Part shown: positions 31,056 through 40,324 of the stretch, piece after piece | Layout: every line of letters begins with the position of its first letter | Numbering within the stretch: position 1 is the first letter of the stretch | The notes under the pieces: model-generated | The model's database searches: none | What the model was told of the DNA's origin: nothing | The model's input: only the letters and a program-made list of their open reading frames with translations | Program-made: the position numbers and the translations under genes | Source: an uncultured Alphaproteobacteria bacterium | GTDB lineage: Bacteria > Pseudomonadota > Alphaproteobacteria > RF32 > CAG-239 | DNA length: 64,000 nucleotides | NCBI GenBank assembly: GCA_949297415.1 | Contig: CASFSV010000041.1 | Location: 30,347-94,346, forward strand | Direction of reading: 5' to 3'

Positions 31056-33587
31056 TTAAGCAGATTTAGCTTCGTCTTCAGAGATATAATCGTCATCCGA
31101 AACATAGCTTTGAACGTGCCAAATCTTTTCGGCATATTCTCTAACCGCGCGGTCACTGGAGAAATAACCGACTCTCGCCACGTTATAAATAGCTTTTTTC
31201 GCCCAATCCTCTTTATTAAGATAAGCTTTTTCAGCCTCTTTCATTGCTTTGTCAAAGGCTTCCAAATCAGCCAAAACAAAGAAGTAGTCGCGGTTAAGCA
31301 ATTCATCAAAAATCGGCTTAAACAGTGACGGTGCATCTTTTTCACAAAACAGATTAGATGTTAATGTATTCAAAATACGCTTAACATATTCCGACTCTTC
31401 ATAAATCTTGCGAGGATTATAGGTCGGGCGCATTTCTTGAATCTCGTTTTCACGCAAACCGAAGAGGAAGAAATTATCTTCACCAACAGCCTCGCGAATT
31501 TCAATATTTGCACCATCGTATGTACCAACAGTCAAAGCACCGTTTAAGGCAAATTTCATATTACCCGTACCGGAAGCTTCAAAACCTGCGGTGGAAATTT
31601 GCAAGCTGACATCAGCAGCCGGAATAAGAATTTCTGCCAAAGAAACTTTATAATCCGGAACAAATACCACTTTAAGCGAGTCGCCGACTTTCGGATCATT
31701 ATTAACGACTTTTGCCACATTGTTAATCAATTTAATGATTAACTTGGCAAAGGTATATGACGGAGCCGCTTTACCTGCAAAAATATAAGTTTTCGGGCAA
31801 ACTGGACGAACATTGTCGCGAACAATAGCCAAGTAATCGCCGATAACCTGCAAAATTGCCATAAGTTGACGTTTATACTCATGAATACGTTTAGCTTGAA
31901 CCACAAACATACTATTTGTTGTAACAGCAACATTTGTCTTTTTAAAGATTTCATGACGCAACAATTCTTTGTTAATTTTCTTAATTTTGCTAAAGCGTTT
32001 AACAAAATCAGCATCTTCTGCAAAATCAGCAATTTTAGTTAACAAATCCAAGTTAGAAATCCAATCTTTGCCGATTTTATCAGAAATCAAAGTAGACAAG
32101 TTTGTGTTAGCATGTAATAACCAACGTCTTGGAGTAATACCGTTTGTAATATTGGTGAATTTCTCCGGCCACAATTCATAAAATTCCGGGACAAGAGATG
32201 TTTTAATCAATTCGGAGTGAATTTTAGCCACACCATTGACCGAGAATGAGCCGACAATAGACAAGTTGGCCATACGGATAATTTGCGCATCTCCCTCACC
32301 AGAAACAATAGAAACTTTAGCCAATTTTTCACTGGTTTCACCAAATTTTGTTTTAGCAAATTCAATGAAACGACGGTTAATTTCATAGATAATCTGCAAG
32401 TGTCTCGGTAACATATGCTTAAAGTATTTAACCGGCCATGTTTCCAAAGCTTCAGGCAACAAGGTATGGTTTGTATAAGCAAATACTTTAGTAACAATAT
32501 TCCAAGAAGATTCCCAATCTTGACCATAAACATCAATGAGCAAACGCATCATTTCAACAATAGCCAAAGCTGGGTGAGTGTCGTTTAATTGAATACAGAT
32601 AGAGTCTGGCAATTTATCAAAATCGTTGCTCTTTTCCAAAAATCTTCTGAAAATATCTTGAATTGCGCAAGAAACGAAGAAATATTGTTGAGACAAACGA
32701 AGAGCTTTACCGGATTCGATAGCATCGGATGGATAAAGAACTTTGGAAATAGCTTCTGTTTTAATTTTATCTTCAACAGCTTCGATATACCCTCCGTTAT
32801 TAAAAATATCGATATCGAATTCATCATCTGTTTTAGCAGAGAATAAACGGAGATAGTTTACAGACTTTCCATCATAACCAACAACTGGGAAGTCATAAGG
32901 GACACCGTAAAGGGTTTGTGTGTTAGCCCAAACATAAGTATCTTTACCGTTAGCATCTTTATAAGTTTCAACATTACCAAACATCGGAATAGAAACTTGT
33001 CTATCTGGTCTAGCTAGTTCCCATGGAGAGAAGTCCGAGAACCAATCATCAGCTTGCTCAATCTGCCAACCGTTTTCAAATTTTTGCTTAAATAGACCAA
33101 ATTGATAGTTAATACCATAACCAAATCCCGGCAATCCCAAAGAAGCCATAGAGTCCAAATAGCAAGCAGCCAAACGTCCCAAGCCACCATTACCCAAAGC
33201 CGGATCGTATTCTGTGTCAAAAATTTCTTCTAAAGAAATATCTGGAAAACCTTCAATTTTAATATCTTTTAATAAATCATATAAGCCAAGGTTATGTAAG
33301 TTATTTTCCAAAGAGCGTCCGATTAAATATTCGATAGACAGGTAATAAACTCTTTTAGCGGAGTTTTCATTGTAGCGAGCCATAGTTTTATACATTTCGT
33401 CCATGGCAAATTCTCTAACTGCCAAAGAGATAGCATAAAGGGCTTCTTCTTTTGTAACTTCGCAAGCTCTTTTACCGATGAAATATTTAATATAATGTTC
33501 TATAGAAAGCTTAAGTCTAGCTTTTCTCATTTCATCGCTAATTTCTAATTTACCTTTTTTCAATACACAATCTCCCAAATTAAACAT
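31056..33587 (-). CDS. glgP: glycogen/maltodextrin phosphorylase
   Basis: 843-aa ORF. PLP-lysine motif EASGTGNMKFALNGALTVGTYDGANIE. GNGGLGRLAACYLDS near the N-terminus. Confidence 0.95.
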   Translation of the reverse strand: MFNLGDCVLKKGKLEISDEMRKARLKLSIEHYIKYFIGKRACEVTKEEALYAISLAVREFAMDEMYKTMARYNENSAKRVYYLSIEYLIGRSLENNLHNLGLYDLLKDIKIEGFPDISLEEIFDTEYDPALGNGGLGRLAACYLDSMASLGLPGFGYGINYQFGLFKQKFENGWQIEQADDWFSDFSPWELARPDRQVSIPMFGNVETYKDANGKDTYVWANTQTLYGVPYDFPVVGYDGKSVNYLRLFSAKTDDEFDIDIFNNGGYIEAVEDKIKTEAISKVLYPSDAIESGKALRLSQQYFFVSCAIQDIFRRFLEKSNDFDKLPDSICIQLNDTHPALAIVEMMRLLIDVYGQDWESSWNIVTKVFAYTNHTLLPEALETWPVKYFKHMLPRHLQIIYEINRRFIEFAKTKFGETSEKLAKVSIVSGEGDAQIIRMANLSIVGSFSVNGVAKIHSELIKTSLVPEFYELWPEKFTNITNGITPRRWLLHANTNLSTLISDKIGKDWISNLDLLTKIADFAEDADFVKRFSKIKKINKELLRHEIFKKTNVAVTTNSMFVVQAKRIHEYKRQLMAILQVIGDYLAIVRDNVRPVCPKTYIFAGKAAPSYTFAKLIIKLINNVAKVVNNDPKVGDSLKVVFVPDYKVSLAEILIPAADVSLQISTAGFEASGTGNMKFALNGALTVGTYDGANIEIREAVGEDNFFLFGLRENEIQEMRPTYNPRKIYEESEYVKRILNTLTSNLFCEKDAPSLFKPIFDELLNRDYFFVLADLEAFDKAMKEAEKAYLNKEDWAKKAIYNVARVGYFSSDRAVREYAEKIWHVQSYVSDDDYISEDEAKSA

Positions 33588-33749
33588 ACTTTACTATTCA
33601 CACAAATAAGGCGAAATAGTTTGAATTTTCGTTAATAATATAAGAGTATTTAGAAAAATAAAAACGAAGATTGGTATTTTTTTAACAATTAAGTGCTAAA
33701 AAAGAAGTAAATAAATCTTTTTTGTAAATGTAAAGAGGGAAATTTAGAA

Positions 33750-35105
33750 ATGAAAAAGCTGAGTATTCTTGCGTTGGCTCTTACCGTTTCAACAGCGCTT
33801 TCTGCGCAAGCGGACACATTAGAAACGGCATTGGCAAAGGCCTATGAATATAATCCATCATTAAAAGCAGCACGCGCCGCAACAAGTGCCGTAGATGAAA
33901 ATGTAGCTATTGCAAAATCAGGATATCGTCCGACATTAACCATTGATGGTGGTTATAGCGATTCTAAAGTTAATAGCAATAGAAGCACGCGTCCGATAGA
34001 TGGATATGAAAGAACTTTGGCCGCAACAATTTCTCAGCCGATTTTTAGTGGTTTGCAAACAGTAAATTCTGTAAGCTCTGCAAAAAGCTCAGTTAAAGCC
34101 GCACAAGCAAGCTTAATGTCAACAGAACAAAGCTTGTTGCTCAACGCAGCGACGGCATATTTAAACGTTCTCCGCGATGAAGCTATTGTTAGATTGCAAA
34201 AAAATAATGAAAAACTACTGAAAAAAGAATTAGAAGAAACACGTGAACGCTTTAAAGTAGGCGAGGTAACCACTACTGACGTATCTCAAGCTGAAGCAAG
34301 TTATGCGTCTGCGCAATCACAAAGAATTTCTGCAGAAGGCGATTTAGAAGCATCTAAAGCTGTTTACAAACAAGTTATAGGTGAAGAGCCAAAAGAGACA
34401 AAAGATCCGAAAGAGATTGAAAAAATGTTTCCGAAAAGCATGGAAGAAGCATTGGAATACGCAAAAATTCATAATTACGACTTGAATGCAGCAAAGCATA
34501 ATCTAAAAGCTAAGAAGTATGATGTAAAAACCAGTCAAGGTGAATTACTTCCGTCTATAAACGCTTACGCATCCGCAGGTCGATTGAAAAGTCAAGATTA
34601 TACTCAAGATAAAAATCCAACAGATAATTCTGTTGAGTTAGGTGTGAATTTCTCGATTCCAATCTATAACGCAGGTTCAAGCCGTGCAAAGATTCGTCAA
34701 AGCAAATATTATCGTTGGCAAGCTCAAGAAGATGTACTAGATGCTCAAGATACATTACATTCTGAGATTACAAGCTACTGGGAGTACTTAAGTGCCAATA
34801 AGGCTAAAATTAAATCTGTAAAAGCACAAATTAAAGCCTACCAAGTAGCATTAAATGGTGTACGTGAAGAAGAAGCTTTAGGTAACAGAACGGTTCTTGA
34901 CGTATTAAATCAATATCAATATTTACTTGATTCTGAAGTAGAAGAAGTAACAACACGCCACGACTACTACGTTGCAGGTTTACAACTTCTGCAGACAATG
35001 GGTAAGTTGACCGCAAAAGATTTGAAATTAGATGTTGATTTATATGATGCAAATGCTAAATATGAAGAAACATCTGGAAAATGGTTATCGACCAGCATTG
35101 ATTAA
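33750..35105 (+). CDS. tolC: TolC-family outer membrane channel
   Basis: 451-aa ORF. Signal peptide MKKLSILALALTVSTALSAQA, LETALAKAYEYNPSLKAARA start, two OEP repeats. Confidence 0.9.
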   Translation: MKKLSILALALTVSTALSAQADTLETALAKAYEYNPSLKAARAATSAVDENVAIAKSGYRPTLTIDGGYSDSKVNSNRSTRPIDGYERTLAATISQPIFSGLQTVNSVSSAKSSVKAAQASLMSTEQSLLLNAATAYLNVLRDEAIVRLQKNNEKLLKKELEETRERFKVGEVTTTDVSQAEASYASAQSQRISAEGDLEASKAVYKQVIGEEPKETKDPKEIEKMFPKSMEEALEYAKIHNYDLNAAKHNLKAKKYDVKTSQGELLPSINAYASAGRLKSQDYTQDKNPTDNSVELGVNFSIPIYNAGSSRAKIRQSKYYRWQAQEDVLDAQDTLHSEITSYWEYLSANKAKIKSVKAQIKAYQVALNGVREEEALGNRTVLDVLNQYQYLLDSEVEEVTTRHDYYVAGLQLLQTMGKLTAKDLKLDVDLYDANAKYEETSGKWLSTSID

Positions 35106-35121
35106 GAATTAAGGATAATAA

Positions 35122-35352
35122 ATGTCTGAACAAAAGAATATTGACGATATAACAGAAGCAGTTCGTCAGAGCATAATAGATACAAAGAGCAAAAAGCACT
35201 GTGTACGTGATTTTACTGGAGAGGTTTTTGAACTGACACCAGAAATGCGAATTCAAGGAAGAAGCTTTGATAAAGAAGAAACATCAGAGTTAGCTGGCGT
35301 TGCAGAGTGTATTTTGCGAAAATATGCAAAACTTCTTTGCATTACAAGATAA
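35122..35352 (+). CDS. miniature PopZ/DUF2497-like protein (76 aa, tentative)
   Basis: NIDDITEAVRQSIIDT compares with PopZ MEEILASIRRIISED, GEVFELTPE with DEVLELTDP, and the C-terminus LAGVAECILRKYAKLL with LEDVVRELLRPLLKEWL (comparison from memory). Lies directly downstream of tolC. Confidence 0.45.
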   Translation: MSEQKNIDDITEAVRQSIIDTKSKKHCVRDFTGEVFELTPEMRIQGRSFDKEETSELAGVAECILRKYAKLLCITR

Positions 35353-35354
35353 AG

Positions 35355-35386
35355 AAAGGGCAGGTTAAATAACCTGCCTCTTTTTT
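35355..35386. terminator. bidirectional terminator between the PopZ-like gene and comF
   Basis: GGCAGGTT-AAAT-AACCTGCC hairpin flanked by A-rich (left) and T6 (right) tracts. Confidence 0.65.
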
Positions 35387-36104
35387 AATCACAAACACGA
35401 GCGATAGTTAAAGCATCTACAGATTTTGCGCCGGCTCGTTTAAGAACTTTAGCACACTCTTTAAGGGTAGATCCCGTTGTAAATACATCATCAACTAAAA
35501 CGATTCGTTTATTTTTAATCATTTCAGGATGAACAACTTCAAAAGCATTTTTAACGTTTTTGAGCCGTTGCTTACCATTACACGAAACTTGCGGAAGAGT
35601 ATGTTTTGTCTTTTTAAGTGCTTTGTAATTAGCTGGAATATGAGTAAGTTTTGATAAAGCGTCGCAAAGCACCGCAGATTGATTATACTTACGTTTCAGT
35701 AATCGAGAGAAATGCAAAGGAACAGGAATAATCAAATCCACATTTTCCTTAAAAATATCTTTTCCTGCAAGTAATAGCCAATTAGCTAAGAGAGATTTAT
35801 TTTCAAGATGATCAAAAAATTTAAAATCCAAAATCAATTTTTTAGAATTGTCGTCATAAATAACAGCAGAGCGACTCATTCTAAGAGGTGATCTATGAGA
35901 AAGACACTCAGGACAAAATAATCCTTTATTTGAAAGATGATATTCAAAAGGTTTTCCGCATTTTTGACAGTAAGGCGATGTGATAAAATTAATATTAGCA
36001 AAACATTCAGAACAAAGCTTGCCATCAGTAGAAACTTCTTTTCCACAAATAAGACAACGCGGAGGAAGTACGAAATTAACAAGAAGTTTTAACCATTTAA
36101 TCAT
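35385..36104 (-). CDS. comF: ComF-family phosphoribosyltransferase-domain protein
   Basis: 239-aa ORF. N-terminal Zn-ribbon cysteines (CLICGKE...CSEC...CQKCGKPF...CPEC) and PRTase motif IVLVDDVFTTGSTL. Confidence 0.85.
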   Translation of the reverse strand: MIKWLKLLVNFVLPPRCLICGKEVSTDGKLCSECFANINFITSPYCQKCGKPFEYHLSNKGLFCPECLSHRSPLRMSRSAVIYDDNSKKLILDFKFFDHLENKSLLANWLLLAGKDIFKENVDLIIPVPLHFSRLLKRKYNQSAVLCDALSKLTHIPANYKALKKTKHTLPQVSCNGKQRLKNVKNAFEVVHPEMIKNKRIVLVDDVFTTGSTLKECAKVLKRAGAKSVDALTIARVCD

Positions 36105-36970
36105 AACTTCAAAAGTTCACTTTTAAGGGCGCTAATATTATCAACAACAATCATTCCGGAATTTTGCAGGATTCTTTTCTTATCCATAGAAGATGTAATA
36201 CCACGGCAAATAATCTCCGGAGCAAGGCCTTTATTATCAGATAGAGGGGTAGGATCGTCTAAAATTAAAGCGATAGTTGTTTTTTTCTTTGATAGTTTTG
36301 CATAAAAATCAGCAGCTTCGGTTTCATAATTACCCCCAATTCCACCAATTAAAACAATAGCCTTGGTGTTTTTATCGCTATTAAATTTTTTGATAATTTC
36401 AACAAAACTGGTTCCGATAATAAAATCATCTCCTAAACCAACAACAGTAGATTCTCCAAAACCAATTTTATTAATTTCTAAAACAACTTCATAAGTTAAA
36501 GTGGAAGAACGAGAAACAATACCAATATCGCCGCTTTTATGAATATTATCAGGAAAAATACCCATATAGGCTTCATTTGGTGTAATAATGCCTGGAGTAT
36601 TTGGTCCAATGAGCGTAGTAGAAGAATGAAGTAATTCATGCTTAATTTCCATCATATCACGGACAGGAATACCTGAAGTAATAACAACAACGAGTTCAAG
36701 CTCAGCTTTAATTGCTTCAAGGATAGCAGATTTAGCATACTTAGCCGGAACAAAAACGATAGAAGCATTAGCTCCGGTTTTTTCTTTTGCTTCCTGAACG
36801 GTGCCAAACAAAGGGAGGCCTAAATAAGAAGTTTCTTTTTTATTGGGCGCAACACCTGCAACGATATTTGTTCCATATTTCAGAGCTCTTTGAACATGAA
36901 AAGAAGCCTGAGCACCGGTAATACCTTGTACTAAAACCTTAAGTTTTTTGTTTACCAGAACAGACATCAC
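36101..36970 (-). CDS. sucD: succinyl-CoA ligase alpha-subunit homologue lacking the catalytic histidine
   Basis: 289-aa ORF collinear with SucD (QGITGAQASFH, GPNTPGIITP, GIVSRSSTLTYE). The GHAGAII site reads GLAPEII and IGEIGG reads IGGIGG. No His in the last 100 residues. Confidence 0.8.
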   Translation of the reverse strand: MMSVLVNKKLKVLVQGITGAQASFHVQRALKYGTNIVAGVAPNKKETSYLGLPLFGTVQEAKEKTGANASIVFVPAKYAKSAILEAIKAELELVVVITSGIPVRDMMEIKHELLHSSTTLIGPNTPGIITPNEAYMGIFPDNIHKSGDIGIVSRSSTLTYEVVLEINKIGFGESTVVGLGDDFIIGTSFVEIIKKFNSDKNTKAIVLIGGIGGNYETEAADFYAKLSKKKTTIALILDDPTPLSDNKGLAPEIICRGITSSMDKKRILQNSGMIVVDNISALKSELLKL

Positions 36971-38175
36971 AAATCCTCCGCAATAGCTTCTTTTATGAGT
37001 TGTAAACCTTGTGTAGTATCTTCAGCAATAGAAAGAGGAAGCCCTGATTTTTTTAAGATATCGGTAGCTTCATCTTTATTAGTTCCCTCGAAACGAGCAA
37101 CAAGAGGAATGTTTAAGCCTAAATCATCAGCAACAGTAATTATTCCGTCAGCAATAAGATTACATCGAGAAAATCCCCCAAGAATATTGATAAATATTCC
37201 ATCCACACGCGGATTCGTCATAATAAGCTTAATACTTGCTGAAATTTTATCTCTATCAACCCCACCTTTAAGGTTCAGGAAACAAGCTGTACTAATACCC
37301 ATATTTTTAGCTTGATTGATAGTATTCAAAGCAAGTCCATCGCCGTTAACAATAATACCAATACCGCTTTCTAATTCTTTGTATTGAAAACCAAATTTAG
37401 AGGCAATAAGTTCTCTTTCTTCAATTTCAGAATCATCGGATAGCTTTTGAATTTCTGGGTGTCTGTATAGAGCACTTTCATCGAAAACAATTTTAGCGTC
37501 TAAGGCCCAAATTTTACCGGATTTAGCAATACCAATCGGATTAATTTCAAGCAATGTTGCATCGTATGTGTAAAATAGTTTGAGCATTCTGTTTAAGAAT
37601 GTTTTTAATTCAGAAAGCTCAATTTGCATATTCATAAAAGAAACAATTTGAGTAAGTTGCTTATTCTTAATCTCTTTTTGTAGACCAAGATTGATTTTCA
37701 AGATTGTTTCAGGGGATTCAATAGCAAGTTTTACAATATCATCATCATCTTTGTCTGAAACAGGAGCAACTAACAAAAAAACAGAAGCAGAAACCCAATC
37801 AACAACCAGTCCTAAATAAAATTTTCGAATAGTTTTAATATATTCTTCAATATAAACCCGACTAACCAATCTTCCTTTTGCACCCGTTTGATTTGTAACT
37901 AAAAGGTTTTCTAACATTTCATCGGCATTATCAAAAACTTCCTCAAGCGTTTTAGAAAGGCGAATACCACCTTTGCGACCGGCTCTTTTATCTGAAAATT
38001 TTCCGACATCACGAGAACCTGCTTGAATTTGCGCTTTAACAACCCAAGGTCCAAATTCAGAAACAGTTTCGGCAGCAAGTTTAGCTTCTGTAGGTGTATA
38101 AGCAACAAGTCCGTTTGGTACGTTAATTCCAAACTGTTTAAAAATCTTTTTAGCTTGATACTCGTGAATATTCAT
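36967..38175 (-). CDS. sucC: succinyl-CoA ligase beta-subunit homologue (divergent)
   Basis: 402-aa ORF. MNIHEYQAKKIF, LLEINP, NILGGFSRCNLIADGII. The glycine-rich loop after VVKAQ carries about 10 extra residues (AGSRDVGKFSDKRAGRKGG). Confidence 0.8.
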   Translation of the reverse strand: MNIHEYQAKKIFKQFGINVPNGLVAYTPTEAKLAAETVSEFGPWVVKAQIQAGSRDVGKFSDKRAGRKGGIRLSKTLEEVFDNADEMLENLLVTNQTGAKGRLVSRVYIEEYIKTIRKFYLGLVVDWVSASVFLLVAPVSDKDDDDIVKLAIESPETILKINLGLQKEIKNKQLTQIVSFMNMQIELSELKTFLNRMLKLFYTYDATLLEINPIGIAKSGKIWALDAKIVFDESALYRHPEIQKLSDDSEIEERELIASKFGFQYKELESGIGIIVNGDGLALNTINQAKNMGISTACFLNLKGGVDRDKISASIKLIMTNPRVDGIFINILGGFSRCNLIADGIITVADDLGLNIPLVARFEGTNKDEATDILKKSGLPLSIAEDTTQGLQLIKEAIAEDL

Positions 38176-38587
38176 TCTTTTCCTCTAAAGACTGTCGGGC
38201 ATAAAATTTAATTTTATCAACCATAGAAAGCATCCCACTACGTCTGTTTGGTGTAATATGCTCCCGCAACCCCATTTTATCAAAAATTTCTTCAACATCA
38301 ATATCTAAAATTTCTTGTGCAGATTTATCATTAAAAATTTCAAGGACAACAGCGATAATTCCGCGAACAATAATAGCATCACTATCTCCTTGAAAAGAAA
38401 GAGTTGAAGAAGAAAAATGAGGAATAATCCAAACCTGAGATTGACACCCAGATATTTTCCATTGTTCAATTTTTTGAGTATCGTCAAAATGAGGTAATTG
38501 GTTTCCAAGTTCAATTAAATATTTGTATTTATCTTCCCAATTATCTAAAAAAGAAAAGTCATCAATTAAATTTTCAATACTCATCAT
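38150..38587 (-). CDS. sufE: cysteine desulfuration protein SufE
   Basis: ORF 38150-38659, realistic start ATG 38587 (MMSIENLIDDF...), 6 nt after the sufT stop. Motif ISGCQSQVW and C-terminal DSDAIIVRG. The 3' end overlaps sucC by 26 nt. Confidence 0.85.
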   Translation of the reverse strand: MMSIENLIDDFSFLDNWEDKYKYLIELGNQLPHFDDTQKIEQWKISGCQSQVWIIPHFSSSTLSFQGDSDAIIVRGIIAVVLEIFNDKSAQEILDIDVEEIFDKMGLREHITPNRRSGMLSMVDKIKFYARQSLEEKNEYSRVSS

Positions 38588-38592
38588 AGACC

Positions 38593-39021
38593 TCAAATCA
38601 TTTCTAACATCATACGAGCTTCTTCGCTTAACCGTTCCAAAGACCATGCAGGTTCCCAAACAACTTCAACTTCAACTTTCCCAACGCCTTCAACGCTTGC
38701 CGCGGCATCTGCAACTTGTTGAGGTAATACTCCAGCAACCGGACATCCTGGCGCTGTTAAAGACATATCAATATGCAAATCTCCATTATCCTTTTGATCG
38801 ATTTTATAGATTAAACCTAAATCATATACGTTGATAGGAATTTCAGGATCACAAACTGTTTTAATGGCTTCAACAACATCAAACAATTTAGCTTTTGTTG
38901 TTATTTCATCTAAACTATCGCCGGCATATGCTTTATAGACAGGTAAATCATCAACACTCATTGCGCTAAGCAACTGAGCTTCATTTTCATCAACTATTTC
39001 AATATTTTCTGTATCAGTCAT
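38593..39021 (-). CDS. sufT: Fe-S assembly protein SufT (DUF59/MIP18 family)
   Basis: 142-aa ORF. VCDPEIPINVYDLGLIY...LTAPGCPV is the DUF59 signature. The start overlaps the sufS stop (TAATG). Confidence 0.8.
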   Translation of the reverse strand: MTDTENIEIVDENEAQLLSAMSVDDLPVYKAYAGDSLDEITTKAKLFDVVEAIKTVCDPEIPINVYDLGLIYKIDQKDNGDLHIDMSLTAPGCPVAGVLPQQVADAAASVEGVGKVEVEVVWEPAWSLERLSEEARMMLEMI

Positions 39022-40247
39022 TACATTTCGTTCGTAAAAAAGTTCTTAGCTTTCTGTAAAGCTACAATAAAATCATCAACATCCTCTTTTGTTGTATAAA
39101 TACCTAAAGAAGCACGCGCTAAAGAATTATACCCCAAAGCATTAACAAGCGGTTGAGCGCAGAAATGTCCGGTGCGAATAGCAACTCCTTCTTTCGCTAA
39201 AATAAAAGCTAAATCCTGTGGATGGATTCCCTCAATAGCAAAAGAAAATACACCGCCTTTTTCCTTTGCTGTTCCGAAAAGTTTTAATCCGGAAATATCC
39301 AATAAACGCTTAGTTGTATAATCAATTAACTCAGCTTCATATTGCTCAATATCATCAAAATTAAATTGCATCATATATTCCAGAGAAGCTGAAAGACCGA
39401 TAGCTTGAACAATAGCAGGAGTGCCTGCTTCAAAACGGGCTGGAGGAAGTGCAAAAGTTGTCTTTTCATAGCTAACTTGCTCAATCATATCTCCTCCATA
39501 TTGATAGGGAGGCATTTCTTTAAGCAAATCATATTTGCCATATAATACTCCAATACCAGTAGGTCCATATACTTTGTGTCCAGAGAAAGCCAAAAAGTCA
39601 CAATCAAATTTTTGAACATCAATTTTTTTATGAACAGCAAACTGACAAGCATCAATAAGTACTTTAGCGCCAATGTTATGAGCCGCTTTGCAAATACGTT
39701 CTACCGGAAAAATTGAGCCTAAAACATTAGACATTGCTGTAACAGCAACAATCTTAGTTTGAGAAGATAAAGCCTTTTCAAAATTTTCCCAAACAAAATT
39801 TCCGCAATCATCTAAGTCAAAATAAACAATTTTAGCACCTGTTTTAAGAGCAGTTTGTTGCCATGTAACAAGATTTGCATGGTGTTCGGCGCGCGAAAGT
39901 AAAACTTCATCACCTTCATGCAGAGTAGCTAAACCATATGTAGCGGCAACTAAATTTATTCCTTCTGTTGCGCTTCTTGTGAAAATAATAGAATCAGGAG
40001 ATTCTGCATTTACAAATTTAGCCGCAATCTGTCTGGCTTTCTCATAATTTTCCGTCGCTACTTCTGACAACCAATAACTACCGCGATGCACGTTTGCATA
40101 TTCTTCAAGATAAGCTTTTTCAAGCCTATTTAATAAAACAAGCGGTTTCTGCGCAGAAGCTGCAGTGTCCATATAGATATTTTTTTTACCGTCAATTAAA
40201 CGATTTAAAATAGGAAAATCTTTCCTAACAATATGAGCATCGAACAT
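39021..40247 (-). CDS. sufS: cysteine desulfurase SufS
   Basis: ORF 39021-40259, likely start ATG 40247 (MFDAHIVRKDFPIL). PLP lysine in FSGHKVYGPTGIG, catalytic Cys in RTGHFCAQP. Confidence 0.92.
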   Translation of the reverse strand: MFDAHIVRKDFPILNRLIDGKKNIYMDTAASAQKPLVLLNRLEKAYLEEYANVHRGSYWLSEVATENYEKARQIAAKFVNAESPDSIIFTRSATEGINLVAATYGLATLHEGDEVLLSRAEHHANLVTWQQTALKTGAKIVYFDLDDCGNFVWENFEKALSSQTKIVAVTAMSNVLGSIFPVERICKAAHNIGAKVLIDACQFAVHKKIDVQKFDCDFLAFSGHKVYGPTGIGVLYGKYDLLKEMPPYQYGGDMIEQVSYEKTTFALPPARFEAGTPAIVQAIGLSASLEYMMQFNFDDIEQYEAELIDYTTKRLLDISGLKLFGTAKEKGGVFSFAIEGIHPQDLAFILAKEGVAIRTGHFCAQPLVNALGYNSLARASLGIYTTKEDVDDFIVALQKAKNFFTNEM

Positions 40248-40324
40248 CTTACACCTCAAAAAATTAGAGATAAGATAAATCCTATCTCTAATTTTTTCAA
40301 CTTTAAAACAAATGAATAATAAAA

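Noticed and set aside
30908-31156. 82-aa minus-strand ORF at the end of the islet
   Set aside because: It reads through the glgP terminator hairpin and overlaps the glgP 3' end in another frame.
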